From the human T2T-CHM13v2.0 reference genome, Homo sapiens: a stretch of DNA of 64,000 bases. Position numbers and translations under genes: made by a program. This document shows, piece by piece, positions 26,401 to 38,370 of the stretch. The stretch lies in the NCBI RefSeq assembly GCF_009914755.1, contig NC_060938.1, one strand, 5' to 3'. The notes below the pieces were generated by a model, which saw nothing but the letters and a program-made list of their open reading frames with translations, was not told the DNA's origin and ran no database searches. The first letter of the stretch is position 1. Each line of letters starts with the position of its first letter.

Positions 26401-29246
26401 TCTGTACAATGGGGGTAATCTTCCTGCCTCCTAGGCTTGCAGGGACTATTAAAGAGATAAAGTACATGAAGCCCTGGGAAGCTGGCCCTGAGTGTCCCTT
26501 TATGTCCACACTGTCGTCATTGTCACTGTGCACATTGTGGGGCCATTGCCACCACCACCCTACCCCTGGAGGGCAGGGGCCTTGTCTTGCTTCCCTCTGT
26601 ATCCCCAGGACACAGCACGTGTCCCCAGTCAACACTAGGATATGAGTGAGCAGCCGCTGTCTAGGGACTGCCAGGCTCAGGCAGTGGAGGATAACCAACT
26701 GGAAACATCCGCCAGAGAGGGCAGAGAGTGGGAGCTCTGCGTGCAGGGCTGTCTGTGCCGCCCAGGAGAGGGGGCATTCCTCTGGCTCTGTGCATGCATG
26801 GCTTTATGATCCACGTGTGTTCAGCGAGGAGGCTGCCTCTGAAGGGGACCTGGATAGCAGATGAGTGGTGGCCAGGCAGAAACTGGAGGGAGAGGTGAGC
26901 TGGGCAAGGACAGCGAAGCCCAGCCAAGGGGTGGGCGTGGGAACTCGAGGCTGGCAGTGAGTGTGGTTTGCTGGATGATGGGGCGTGGGGTGGGGTGAGC
27001 AGTGAGGAGTGGGGCTGGGGAAGCCTCGGGGCCCAGGGCAGCTAGACTAAAGATGGGTCCACAGCAGCCAGCAGGGTGGGCTTGAGTGCTCAGCTGGGCA
27101 GGCAGGGGTTGCGTGGAGTGAGGAGAAGCCTGAGGCAGGTAGAGAGAGGGAGTGGAAGTAGGGGATGGTATGGGGAGGAGCTGGGTAAGTGGAGGTGGGT
27201 TGGAGAGCAGATGGGAGGGCCCAAGTAGGACTCACCAGGTTGAAGGAGCTGGGGACCTCTGAGGTTTCCAGCTGGGGCCTCTGGTTTGGGAAGCTGAACT
27301 CTGTGTTCAGTGTGGTACCTGGCTGGTAGCAGAGCCACTTAAGGATCTGGGGACTGACTGACTGGATGAACATATGATGGAGAGCAGAAGGAGCCCCAGA
27401 GGAGAGCCCGGAGAGGAGAGGAGGACAGGCTGGGAATGCGGCTCCACCTGCCCCCACAAGCAGGCCCTCACAGAGCTGGATCTCCCAGACAAAGGCAGCC
27501 ATAGGTGTCTGGAGCACAGGCTGTGGACACCACTTGTGCCAGGCATGGAGACAGGGCATCCTCCATGTGTCACAGGACTGGTCAGCTACTTCCTAAGTGG
27601 GAGGATGGTAGAGGAACAGGAAGCCAGTCACTCAATGGGGGCTGTCATGAGCCTGGTGATGTGGGTGAGTCTGCCCAAAGGTGAGGCCACAGAGCGGCCA
27701 CGTTACTGAGCCAGCTGCCACCCGAAGCCAGCGCAGCAGCTCACTCAGGCTCACAGGACCATCTTCTGTGATGTCACACCATAGTATCATGTGTGAGGAA
27801 GGCAGGAGGAAGAGCCTTCCTGCCATCACTTGCTCTCATGCATCCAAGACAGTAATTCTGCCACCCTGCCAGGTGCTGGGCAGGGATGTTCTGTGGGTCC
27901 TGCTGCATCTCCCACCTCACGGGCAGCAGCAGGACCCCAGAGCAGGACATGGAGCTGTAAGGTGGCCAGAGCATAGTTTGTCATGTTGGCCATAGGAGCT
28001 GTCGTCACCAGTGGCCAAAGTCCCCAAAGGTGTGAGGTGGAGACACTGGGCTGGCCCCTAGGAGGGCTCTGACGCTGCACCTGTGTGCTGATGGCTCCCG
28101 GCACCTGTATGCTCAGCCGATCACCACCTCCCTCTGCCAGGCTGGCCCTGAGTCCCCATTCCCAGGCCCCTGCACAAGCAGGCAGAGCACTGCACATAGG
28201 CCTGCCACTCCCTGCTGGCCTCCGAGCTTGCTGCTGAGGACGCCTGGGCTGAGGGTGCACAGGAGTGGGTGTGAGGCCTGAGATGTCCCACTGAACCCTC
28301 ACCAGCTTTCAGGCAGGCCCCAGGAGGGGGCCAGTGGACAGAGGAGCCCTCACTATCACACAGGCTGTTTCATTAAAGACAACAGTGACAGTCATTGTAA
28401 CAATGGCCATCTTCTACTGCGTGTCTACTGCGTCTTCTACTGCGTATGCAGGCCAACAGCAGCTCACAGAATCCCAGGTGCGAGGGGCGCTTGTAACAGG
28501 AGTGCCTTTAATAACTTCCATGTTCCCTCCATGTCCCTGATGCCTGGGACACAAGCCCTTCCCTGAGTTCCTGCACTGAGCTCCTGTCCCCTGGGCTGTG
28601 AGCCCAGTTAGGGGGATATACCTGCCCACTGGCTCTGGGCACACAGGGCTCTTAGCTGGCCCTCACTGAGCTAACTCTGAAGCCCCAGGGAAGCCAGGCA
28701 GGGGTGGAGAGAGTCTGAGTTGTGGCCCCTCGCTTGTGCCCAGTGGCCGGGCCTTGAAGGCACCAGGCTGGGTTCAACCCCCAGCCCCATCCCTGTTTCC
28801 TGGTATGTGCTTGACCTTGGCCATTGTGCTCCATTTCTGACCTGTCTCCTCACTCCAAACAGGAGGATGAAGATGCTGCAGGTGCAACTTTTTCTCTCTT
28901 CCTACATCCCTCCTGGCCCATCACACCGGAAGCTCTTCCCCACGGCTGCTTCCTGTGAGGCTTGCCTGAGGGTGAGGCTGGAGCGGGGAAAACAAAGCAG
29001 CGGGGTGGTGGCGGGAGCTTGAGCCTGGGGGGCCCTGTGCCCTTTGGGCCCCTCTGCGTGGGGGTGCAGGGCAAGCCTCCATTCTCCATGCAACTGGCCA
29101 GGTAAGGAGGCTTTGCAGAGCAGCCTGTGGGTGCTGAGGTCTACACATGGGGTGGACATCCAGGAGGCTGACCCTGGCCACCGTCACCCTGTTGGTGTGG
29201 CCGGCTGATTCCTGCTCCCTGTGATTCCTGTGAGCACTTGTCAACT

Positions 29247-29359
29247 TAGGGCGACCTTCTTGTCCCATTTTCCCCAGATATCCCCGGTTTTAGCCCTGAA
29301 AGTCCCAGGTTCAGGAGAATCTCTCAGTCCCAGGCAAACTGGGAAGGTTGGTCGCCCTA
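29247..29359. mobile_element. MER81-like miniature hAT element
   Basis: Perfect 10-bp terminal inverted repeats tagggcgacc/ggtcgcccta; 113 bp long. Confidence 0.75.
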
Positions 29360-29584
29360 TTCTCAATTAAGTCAAGGGTCAAGGCGGTGGGTGGCAGGCT
29401 GAGGGACAGAATTGGCCTTTGAAAGCCCCATAAATACCGACCTTGGGGCGTTGGGATAAAACATACAGAGATATCCCATGGAAGGTCCCCAGCCCAGCCC
29501 TGGGGTATAGCAGGACCCTAGTGAAGGATCCCCCCATCCCTCAGGCCGGCCTTCTCCTTTCCCCCACCCCACAAATGACAACTG

Positions 29585-32500
29585 ACAGACATCTCTATAT
29601 TTTTATTGAAAATAAAAAAGTCATGGTGCTTTCTTCCTCATAAGTGGCATATGGACACCCCCAGTGCTGCCGGTCTCGCTTCCGGTACAAAAGTCTCAGC
29701 AGGAAACCAACCTTAATGGCTTGTTGGTGGATAAGACGGCATCAACTTGTACATTTGCCCATTGAGAGAACTCCCAGGAGCAACTGTCCTCTCTCCAGTA
29801 CACGCGGCACGTTGCTAAGAAGGCAGATTTCAGGATATTCACATTCATGCATTACGTATCTCACACTACCTGGGCAGTTTAACTCATACTTTGTACAGAT
29901 GCAGAGAGTACAGTAGTTGTATTTATATATATATATATGTAGAGATCTCTTTAAATATATATAGCTATATATAATATATATGTTTATATGTTTACACCTA
30001 TTAGTCTTTCTTCCAAAACTTCCTTTAGAAGCTTCTTAGGAACACCTGAAACCTCTGGGAGATCCTATGATCTGAGTTCCAAAGTTGGGGTCAACTGTGA
30101 GACGGCTGGAAAAGATCTATTTGAGAAAATGAGAAGGGAAGTGCATTTCATTCTTGACCTCAGGACTCGGACTAGCCTGAGGATCGGTGTGTGTCTAGAG
30201 ACTGCCGGCTCATTTTAAATAAAAGTTCTAAGCTCAAATACTAGGCCGGCAGGGTTTTAAGTACCCTTATGTCTCTGTAAGCTCAAAATCTAGTGGGTCT
30301 CCCTTGCTGTGCCGTATACTTGTTTTTTGAATGGGCGGTCTTGGGCTTGAGGTGGGGGGTGGATATTAAGTGAATCTTTTAAAAAAACTAGGCTCTTCCC
30401 TTGATTTTTGCTAACTGGGGTGAGAAGGGATTTTACAAGCCCAGCTGAGAGGGAATTTATGTGCAGACTAGAGCCCTGGATGCGTCAGCGGCTCAGGGAA
30501 GAGGATACAGGCCCCAAAACGTGGTGATGGCTCAGCTGATTCCTCACCAGGGAGCCTCGCCTGGGGCTGGAAGATTAGGCTAACTGCAAAATCCAGGCCT
30601 CCTAGGTTTAAGCCAAGGTAGGGAATGATGGGACCAGGCGAGTGTGCGCAAAGCTGGGCTGTGCCCAGCCCCTTCAGGCTGCCCACCACTCCATGGTCCC
30701 TTAGCCAGGAACCTCCCCTCTTAGAGAAGGTGCCCTCTGATCACTCCTGAGCTTCTGGACAGCCCAAGGCATGGGCACTTTCTCATGGTTGCAGCACAGG
30801 GTGGTGTGTGCTTAGGGCTAGGGTCCTGCCCAGGGGTCTGCTTAGGGCACAGCTTGGGGGTTCAACAGGCACCAGAAGGCTGAAGGCAGTAGGGGAGAGT
30901 GCCCTGGGGTGGGGTCTGCTGGGTTTCCCCCTTTAACCTGCTGCTGGCCCACACCCTCTGGCCTATTTGTCAGCTGGCTCCGCACCTCAAGAGCACTGTG
31001 AAGTACTGGCCAGGTCAGGAGCAGGGGGTGGCACTATGCTGATGCCCAGGTGTCCAGGGGAAGCAAAATTCAAATCTAAACCCCAAACAAGTCCTCAAAT
31101 AGAAGGAAATGAGGAAAGAAGAAAACCCCTTTATGGGAGGGTATGCCCTGGGCCTGTCCTCAGCCCACACCTGATGACCTGGGCAGGACAATGACACACA
31201 GACAGCTCCGTGGGCACTAGGACTCTGGGACAATGGGCTTTTTAAGGTTCGGCCCAAATGGGGACCGGTTTTCAGGTGTGTCTGTCTTCTCTGGACTTCA
31301 AAGTCTCACCTGTAGCTTAAACACCTATCAGAGGAGCACACTGGAGGTTTAGGAGGCAAACCAGGTCTTAGAGGGCTCGACAGTGGAACCATTCAATGCA
31401 TTGGGCTCCTTCTGAGCACATATGTAGGGGTGGTGGGGAGAGCCAGGGGGCCAGGAGTGTCCCACTCATTTTCCAGGAGATGCAAAATCACCCTGTCTCC
31501 GTGGGTTTCCTGATGTGGCCCACAGGGAAGGCTGCCACTTGGGAGACAGGCCAACAGGGCAGGGGTCACCAGCCTGGAGGACCCCTCTCCTCCTGTCCCA
31601 TTTCATCCCTTGATCCTCCAACCACGCTGGAGGGCTCAGCGCTTCTATAGCATGAGACTGTGGAAACAGACATTGAAAGGAAGACCCTGGAAGAACAACA
31701 CCTCCTTCTTGGCGACTGGGGCTCGGGGTAGGGTAAAATGGGGAGATGATGGAGGACTCTGGGAGAGGGCCTGAGTACAACAGTCAGGCCTCAGGGGACT
31801 GTGGGGGACATCCAGCGCCTGGCCAGCATCAGCCTGGTACAGCAGGCCCACAGTGGATTTGGCACAAGTAGTGGCCTCTGCTGACTAAGGCAGGGCCTGG
31901 CTCACACAGATGCATCAGTTCCTATGGGGTCAAGTGTGGGGATGAGTCTGAGGACAGGTGCAGTGGCCTCTGCCCTTGCCCAGTGGCCCTGGGCTGCGGG
32001 TTCAGTGAGTCGTTTTGCCCCCGGAAGGCCAGACACTGCCCCCGAGTGTAAACGCACTCCTGTGTCTGCTCAGGAGGGGATTCTGCAGGCTGGACTCACA
32101 GCCCTCCATGGCAGGCAGTCAGGAGCCTAGGGTGTAGGGTGTCAGTGGGGATAGGAGGGAGAAGGCAGGCCCTGAAGATTGACAACAACTGCAGATGGGG
32201 CGATGAACAGATGTGTGGGAAGCACCTTTGAAAGGGGACGTCTGTCTGCTGGCTGTGCCGATGGCTTCTGTTGAGAATGTGAACAGTGGAGCAGGCAGGC
32301 TTCCTGGGAGGAGGAGAGGTTTTCCGGCAGGGAGTGGGCTCCGGACCATCTTTCTTTTGGCTAAAGGGGGAAGCCTCCCTGCCACAGTAGAAAGACAGAT
32401 CCCTCTGGCTTCGCCAGTGCGCATGCTTTAGACAGCAGCTGGGGGCAGTCGACAGACCAGACACCAGACAGGGAGGAGGATGTGGAGGGCCTGGGGTGGG

Positions 32501-32731
32501 GACACTGCCCAGGTGCTGCGCCGGGCTCAGCCTGGTGTCCGAGCTGCCTGGGCCCGCAGGCTGACCAGGGGCAAGCCTGGGAAGACAATGGTTTCTCCTT
32601 CGGGAGGCTCAGGGCCTGTGAGGCAATGAAGTCCTGGACAAGCTCAGGGTTAGCTCATGTCCACCTGCTTTCCCATGTCCACCAGTGCCACCAAGGTGTC
32701 CCTCTGGCCAGCGGGTCCAGGGCCTGCAGAC
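29585..32731 (-). other. PRIMA1: PRIMA1 long 3' UTR
   Basis: Runs from the stop codon to a minus-strand AATAAA at 29607-29602; no Alu seen; the cleavage site is approximate. Confidence 0.75.
29602..29607 (-). terminator. PRIMA1 polyadenylation signal AATAAA
   Basis: Plus-strand TTTATT, followed on the minus strand by GU-rich sequence (tgtctgtcagttgtc). Confidence 0.75.
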
Positions 32732-32834
32732 TCACACCACTGCGTTGTTCACGTCTACTCCTTTGTTGCTCTGCGAAGCACTCATGGGATACTCAGCAAC
32801 GCTGGTGCCATTTTCGTCTTTTCTCAGTGGTTTC
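32732..32834 (-). CDS. PRIMA1: PRIMA1 terminal coding exon ((R)KPLRKDENGTSVAEYPMSASQSNKGVDVNNAVV*)
   Basis: Acceptor cccacttccag|G; stop TGA at 32734-32732; matches the recalled PRiMA I cytoplasmic tail. Confidence 0.95.
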
Positions 32835-33295
32835 CTGGAAGTGGGGGGAGGGGACAGGAAAGGCAAAGGAGGGGGAGGCAGGGACACCATTAGTTATCAC
32901 TGATGGTGGGGTGTAACCTCCAGCTAGCATCCCTGCTCCGTGAGAGTGTCAGAAGGAAGCCAATGGCTCTGTCCTCGGTTAGCATCCTTGGGCTGCTAGT
33001 CCTTGTGGGGTTAATCAGAAGCTGGACGTGGTCTTAACTCGGGTGTCATGAAAACCGGGGCACAGTTGAGAGGGAAAGAGGGGAGCTATTAATGATGAAG
33101 CAGGGACAACAGGTATGAGTCCAGGCTGTTTTGGACAAACAAGAAAGTATGTTCAGTCTAGCACGATCAGGCCTTGACTGATCTCTTCGATCAGGGCAGA
33201 GACAGTTAACAGAAGAGAAGTGCTAGGGGTTGAGTTCTGCAGTCTTCCTCAGTGTGGGCAAAGGCAAATTCAAAATGTGATGAAGCAGATGGTGC

Positions 33296-33570
33296 TAGTG
33301 GTGATGCTGGTGGTAATGGGGTGGTGGTGGTAGTGGTGATGCTGGTGGTAATGGGGTGGTGGTGGTAGTGGTGATGCTGGTGGTAATGGGGTGATGGTGG
33401 TAGTGGTGATGCTGGTGGTAATGGGGTGGTGGTGGTAGTGGTGATGCTGGTGGTAATGGGGTGGTGGTGGTAGTGGTGATGCTGGTGGTAATGGGGTGAT
33501 GGTGGTAGTGGTGATGCTGGTGGTAATGGGGTGATGGTGGTAGTGGTGATGCTGGTGGTAATGGGGTGAT
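33296..33570. repeat. 35-bp minisatellite, ~8 near-identical copies (gtgatgctggtggtaatggggtg[g/a]tggtggtagtg)
   Basis: Unit starts at 33301, 33336, 33371, 33406, 33441, 33476, 33511 and 33546. Confidence 0.95.
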
Positions 33571-34263
33571 GGAGGTAGCAATGGTGATGGTGGCAGCAGT
33601 GATGATGCTAATGATGGTGGTGATGATAGTGATGGTTAGGGTAATGGTGGTGGTGATGGTTCGGTTGACAATGGTGGTGATGGTGATACTCGTGATGGAG
33701 GTGATGGTGGTGTTGAAGGTTAAAATGCTGGTGGTGATAGTGATGGTGGTTATATGGTGGTGGAGGTGGTATTGGTGGTGGTGATGGCAGTGGTGGTGGC
33801 GATGGTGATAGCGGTAATGATGATGGGGTGATGACGGTAATGATGATGATAGTGGTGGTTAGTGTAATGGGGGTGGTGATGGGTTAACAGTGGTGGTGAT
33901 GGAAGTGATGATGGTGGCAATGATGGTAGTGAAGGTCATATTGGTGGTGGTGATGGCAGTAGTGGTGGTGATGGTGATAGCGGTAATGATGATGGGGTGA
34001 TGATGGTAATGATGATGGTGGTGGTTAGCGTAATGGTGGTGATGGTTGGGTTAACAGTGGTGGTGATGGAGGTGATGATGGCGGTGATGATGGTGAAGGT
34101 CATATTGGTGGTGGTGATGGTGATAATGATGGTGGAGGTGGTATTGGTGGTGGTGATGTGGTGGTAGAGGTGGCAATGGCGGTGGTGATGGTGACAGTGG
34201 TAATGAAGATGGGGTGGCGATGATAGTGATGGTAATGGCAGCGGTGGTAGCAATGATGGTGGT
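33571..34263. repeat. Degenerate (GGT/GAT)n tract with a higher-order ~170-bp internal duplication
   Basis: Trinucleotide periodicity; gaaggtcatattggtggtggtgatgg and ggttaacagtggtggtgatgga each recur. Confidence 0.9.
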
Positions 34264-35298
34264 GAATATCTACACTAAGTTAGTACACATCAGTGGTTCC
34301 TGAACACTTTAAACTGAGCCATTTGAAGCTCATTCCAGAGGGCCCCTAACCCCAAAAGTGGTTTTTCCTACGCATATAAGGGATCAGGAAGGCTGGGAGG
34401 GAGGCTCTGAGAAGGCTGTTGCTCACTTGCTGGGGTTCTGAAATTACAGTGTACTTTTGGGCCTGGCTCAAGTCTCACTTCCTCCCTCCCTCAAGTTGTT
34501 CAGGAGGGCTCTGGACCCCAGCCTGAGTGTCTGTATCCTCCTGGTCTAAGCCACATGCTCTCTGTAGCCCAATTCCATGCCACAATTCCGCTATCTCATC
34601 CCCACGGGGCTGTAGCCCAGCCCCCTCCAGGGTTCCCAGGGGTGCCAGGGTTGAGCCCGGATCTGCCCTTGCTGGTAGCTGTCCAGGCTGGACACTTATG
34701 GTCATTATCATAGGCCCAGGAGTTGATTGCTTCTGCCTTTTCAAATGTTCCCAGAGCCTCCCCAGAGCCACAGTCAGAAGGGCTGGTGCCTGGTGACCAG
34801 CTCGATGTCTCTGGGATAAAGCCCTGAGTGAGTGAGTTCAGAGGAGGCAGGGTCTGTGAGGGGATCATTAGCAGTTCATGGGAAGAACAATCAGGCCCAC
34901 TCAGAGACTACACACTGAGCTCAGTCTGGTAGCAAACTGTTCCCTTTTCTCCTGCAGCAGAAGTAGCTCAAAACTTCTGCTAAGCAAGCCAAGTGCACTC
35001 ATTCCAGGTGGTCAAGCCCAGCCACCGTGGCTTCTTCCAGGAATGCAAGAGGCAAACCCACAATTCCTCCCACAGTGCATCATGCTTTGTGCAAAGCACT
35101 CTCCGTCACAGAGATTTCCTTGTCCCTTCTCTCAGTGGTCACCTTAAGAAGCTAGGCCTGGAGTAAGAGATTCATTTCATGGGGAAACTGAGGCTTAGAG
35201 AGGGCTTAATTTGCCCAAGGACGCTCATCTGGTTTGTGGTGGGGCCTGGACCACCACCCACTAACACTGTGTCTTGGCCAGACATCTATCTTCCCATT

Positions 35299-35565
35299 AT
35301 TATTATTGTTACTACTATTTTGGAGATGGGGTCTTGCTCTGTTGCCTAGGCAGTGGCAACATCACAGCTCACTGCAACCTTGCACTCCTGAGCTCAAGTG
35401 ATCCTCCAGCTTTAGCCTCCTGAGTAGCTGGGATTACAGGTGTATGCCACCAAGCCTGGCTAAGTTTTAAATTTTTTGTAGAGACAGGGTCTCGCTATGT
35501 TGCCCAGGCTGTTCTTGAACTCCTGGCCTCAAGTGATCCTCCCGTCTCGGCCTCCCAAAGTGCCA
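35299..35565 (-). mobile_element. AluJ, slightly 5' truncated
   Basis: Alu sequence with (ATT)n tail; TSD atcttcccatt. Confidence 0.9.
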
Positions 35566-37247
35566 GCATCTTCCCATTTAATCAGCATTCCCAGCAGGTA
35601 TTCCCATATGAGCTCTGGGACCTCATCAACTTGGGAAAGCCTTCCTCCACCCCCCTCTTAGAGATTCTGCAGAGTCCTCCAAGAAAACTGTCTCCTTTTG
35701 CTTTAACTCAGCATATCCCACACGTGAATCTGAGAACACCATTTATGTAGACGCTAACAGATACTCTCTGGAAACTCTGGGTTTACAGGCCTCAGCTGTG
35801 CTACCTTGTTTATGTCGGGATCCATGGGAAATGATGGACTCTGCAGCCAAGCTCTGCCCTGGGCCTTTTGCTCCCTCTGTCCCCTTCATCCCCGTTCCTG
35901 TCCTACCCACCCCTTTTCCAGAAAGCCTTAAGCAGCTCTGATGTTGCTGGGTGTGCCTGACTTCTGACTCCATGAAATCTGCATGGCCTGGACAATTTGT
36001 GGGGGTGACATTTTCTTACAGTGAGATCCTGTGCTCCCCAGTGAGGCCGCTGAGGGACTCAAGTGGGATAAATATATCACGAATACATGAAGGGAAGAAA
36101 GGACATCAGCATCAGGATTCCAGAAAATATTAACAGGCAGAAAAGAGTCTGGACCCAAGCCCACACTGCATTCTCCTTAATACATATTACATATTGGGCT
36201 TAGGGCTAAAATAAAAACAATTGCAACAGGTCCAGATCATGGGAGATATGGCTTAAGGGCCTTCTAGGGTGGATAATGAAGAAATGAAGGCGGCATGGAG
36301 CTCCCTTAGAAATAACTAAGCCTGGATGGCTCAAGGTTTCCACCCTTTTGCGGCTAAGGTGAGGCGGTCAGTAGGATTTCTATTGGCAGGAGGCAAGGAG
36401 ACAGTTCTAAAGGCTTCCTGCCATCTCTGAGACCCCTTCGTACTCGCGGGCCCTGGGGAAGAGGTGGCTCGGAAGAGCTAAGCAGGAAGTGAGCCTGGCA
36501 GGAGGACCCTGGAAGGCAGGGTGAGGAGGGGGCCCAGGGCCTTCGCAGCTGCTCAGCCAGTTTCCCAGACAGGAAAGCAGGCAGAGGGGCTTGGCAGAGG
36601 CTCGGCACCTGTGGCAGGTAAGGGGCTCGGCACCTGTGGCAGGTAAGGGCCCCAGACAGGAGCATTCGGGAGCCCGCGCGTGGTGATGGGGGAGGGTGGC
36701 AGCCGAGGGCTCTCCTGAGAAATGGTCATGATCTGCTCCCCTCCTGCCACCGGAGCTGAGTCCCCAACCACTCTCCTGCCTGGACTGCTGCTCCCAAAGC
36801 CTTTCTGGGATTCACTGCAGCCCATGGAAGCTGGGTGTTCCCTAAAGCGAAGACGGCTCCACCTCTGCACCCCCCCAACTCCACCCCTCCATCAAGCACG
36901 GCACTTCAGGGTGACGCTGCGGAAGTGCTAAGCGGCAGATGTCAAGACTCAGTAAACCCCCGCCCCACCATTTTCTGGCCGTGTGACTTCAGGCAAGCTA
37001 CATAGCCTCTCTATGCCTCAGTTTCTTGTCTTTGAAATGAGCACAATAGTGGTGTCCATTTCATAGGCTTGTTGGGAGGATTAAACACGTTAGTCCATGT
37101 CAAGCACTTAGACAAGCGTCTGGCATACCGTAAGTGCTCCATAAATGTTTGTTAGCTCTCAGTACTGCTGGGGAAAAGGTGTCACCAGGTAGCTGGCCCC
37201 ACTGGCTGGCAGCAGCCAAGGTTCTCCAGTCTGCACAGACTTCCTAC

Positions 37248-37418
37248 CTAACGCGTGCCCCGTGGGGCTCCGGAAATGCTAGAGAGAGTTGTTAGGACCC
37301 AGCCTGGCTCTGCAGCTCTGTGAGTCAGCTGAGGCTGGTCTCATTAAACCAAGAAGAGGCATTTCCACCCTGGTCCAGGCAGAGATGGCCACAGAGGGCT
37401 CCCTAGATGGCATGGTTC
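37248..37418 (-). CDS. PRIMA1: PRIMA1 alternative cassette exon (exon 4b / PRiMA II type); coding part 37403-37418 gives R-N-H-A-I-stop
   Basis: Branch point CACTAAC plus ctctctcttggtttctag| acceptor; phase matches the transmembrane exon; candidate donor TAG|GTAGGA at 37248/37247; consistent with the known short-tailed PRiMA II isoform. Confidence 0.72.
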
Positions 37419-37894
37419 CTAGAAACCAAGAGAGAGGTTAGTGAGACTTTCCTTGGCGGCACCCAGGATTCCTGCTTGTAGGAGGGTGGGCTCTGCCACC
37501 TTCAGACTTCTTGTCCCCTGCCCTGGGCTTGGAGGGCAGCAGGCTCCCACATTCCCTGCTCGGAGTGCCGCGCGGACAGCTCCAGCCGCACATGCCAGCA
37601 GCCACGAGGGGCCCCTGCAGAAACTGTGCCTCCACCGGCATCTTTGGCCTGGGCAAGGAGGGCCAGGACCCAGGTACCCCTCTTAGGCCCTGCTGATCAT
37701 GATGTGACAGCCTCCCGCTCAGCCTGCTGCTCTGTGGGGATGGAGGAGATGGAGGCAAAGAACAACTCTGGGAGCCTAAGAAGGGAGGCTGTCTTCCTGC
37801 CTCATGCGCCCCTGGGAGAAGTGAAAGTTAAAGGTCCTGGACTCACCTCTTATGAAGGTATTCATCCCCCGACTGCCCACCCCGACACCCTCCC

Positions 37895-38370
37895 ACACCC
37901 ATACACACACATGAACCTGCGTAACACACACAGGCACGTACACATAGACACATGTACACATGCACAAATCCACATACACACACACTATACACATACACAT
38001 GTACGCAAACACACACATATATAATATACACATAGACACATGTACACATGCACAAATCCACACACACATACAATATACACATACACATAGACACATGTAC
38101 ATATGCACAAACCCATACAAACATGTACTTACACACACACATATATGTACACACAGGCTCATACGCATAAATGTACAAATCCACACACACAAACAATATA
38201 CACATACACACATGTACTTCAACACACACACAATATACACATACACACATGTCCCTACACACATATGCACACATACACATATGTGCACATGCATGCACAC
38301 ATACATATGAATACACATATGCATATGCATACCTACAGACATATATCCCCACACTCATATACACACACAC
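37895..38370. repeat. Complex (CA/TA)n tract, UG-rich on the PRIMA1 transcript
   Basis: Dinucleotide periodicity with the recurring block cacatagacacatgtacacatgcacaaatcca. Confidence 0.92.

Noticed and set aside
33270-34253. Pro/His/Thr-rich and Val/Met-rich ORFs resembling a proline-rich domain
   Set aside because: They arise from the 35-bp VNTR and GGT tract; the real PRiMA proline-rich (PRAD) exon lies outside this window.
37560-37585. Possible REST/RE1 site (GGACAGCTCC); a similar partial match lies near 32964
   Set aside because: Only the right half-site matches; the CAGCACC half is absent.
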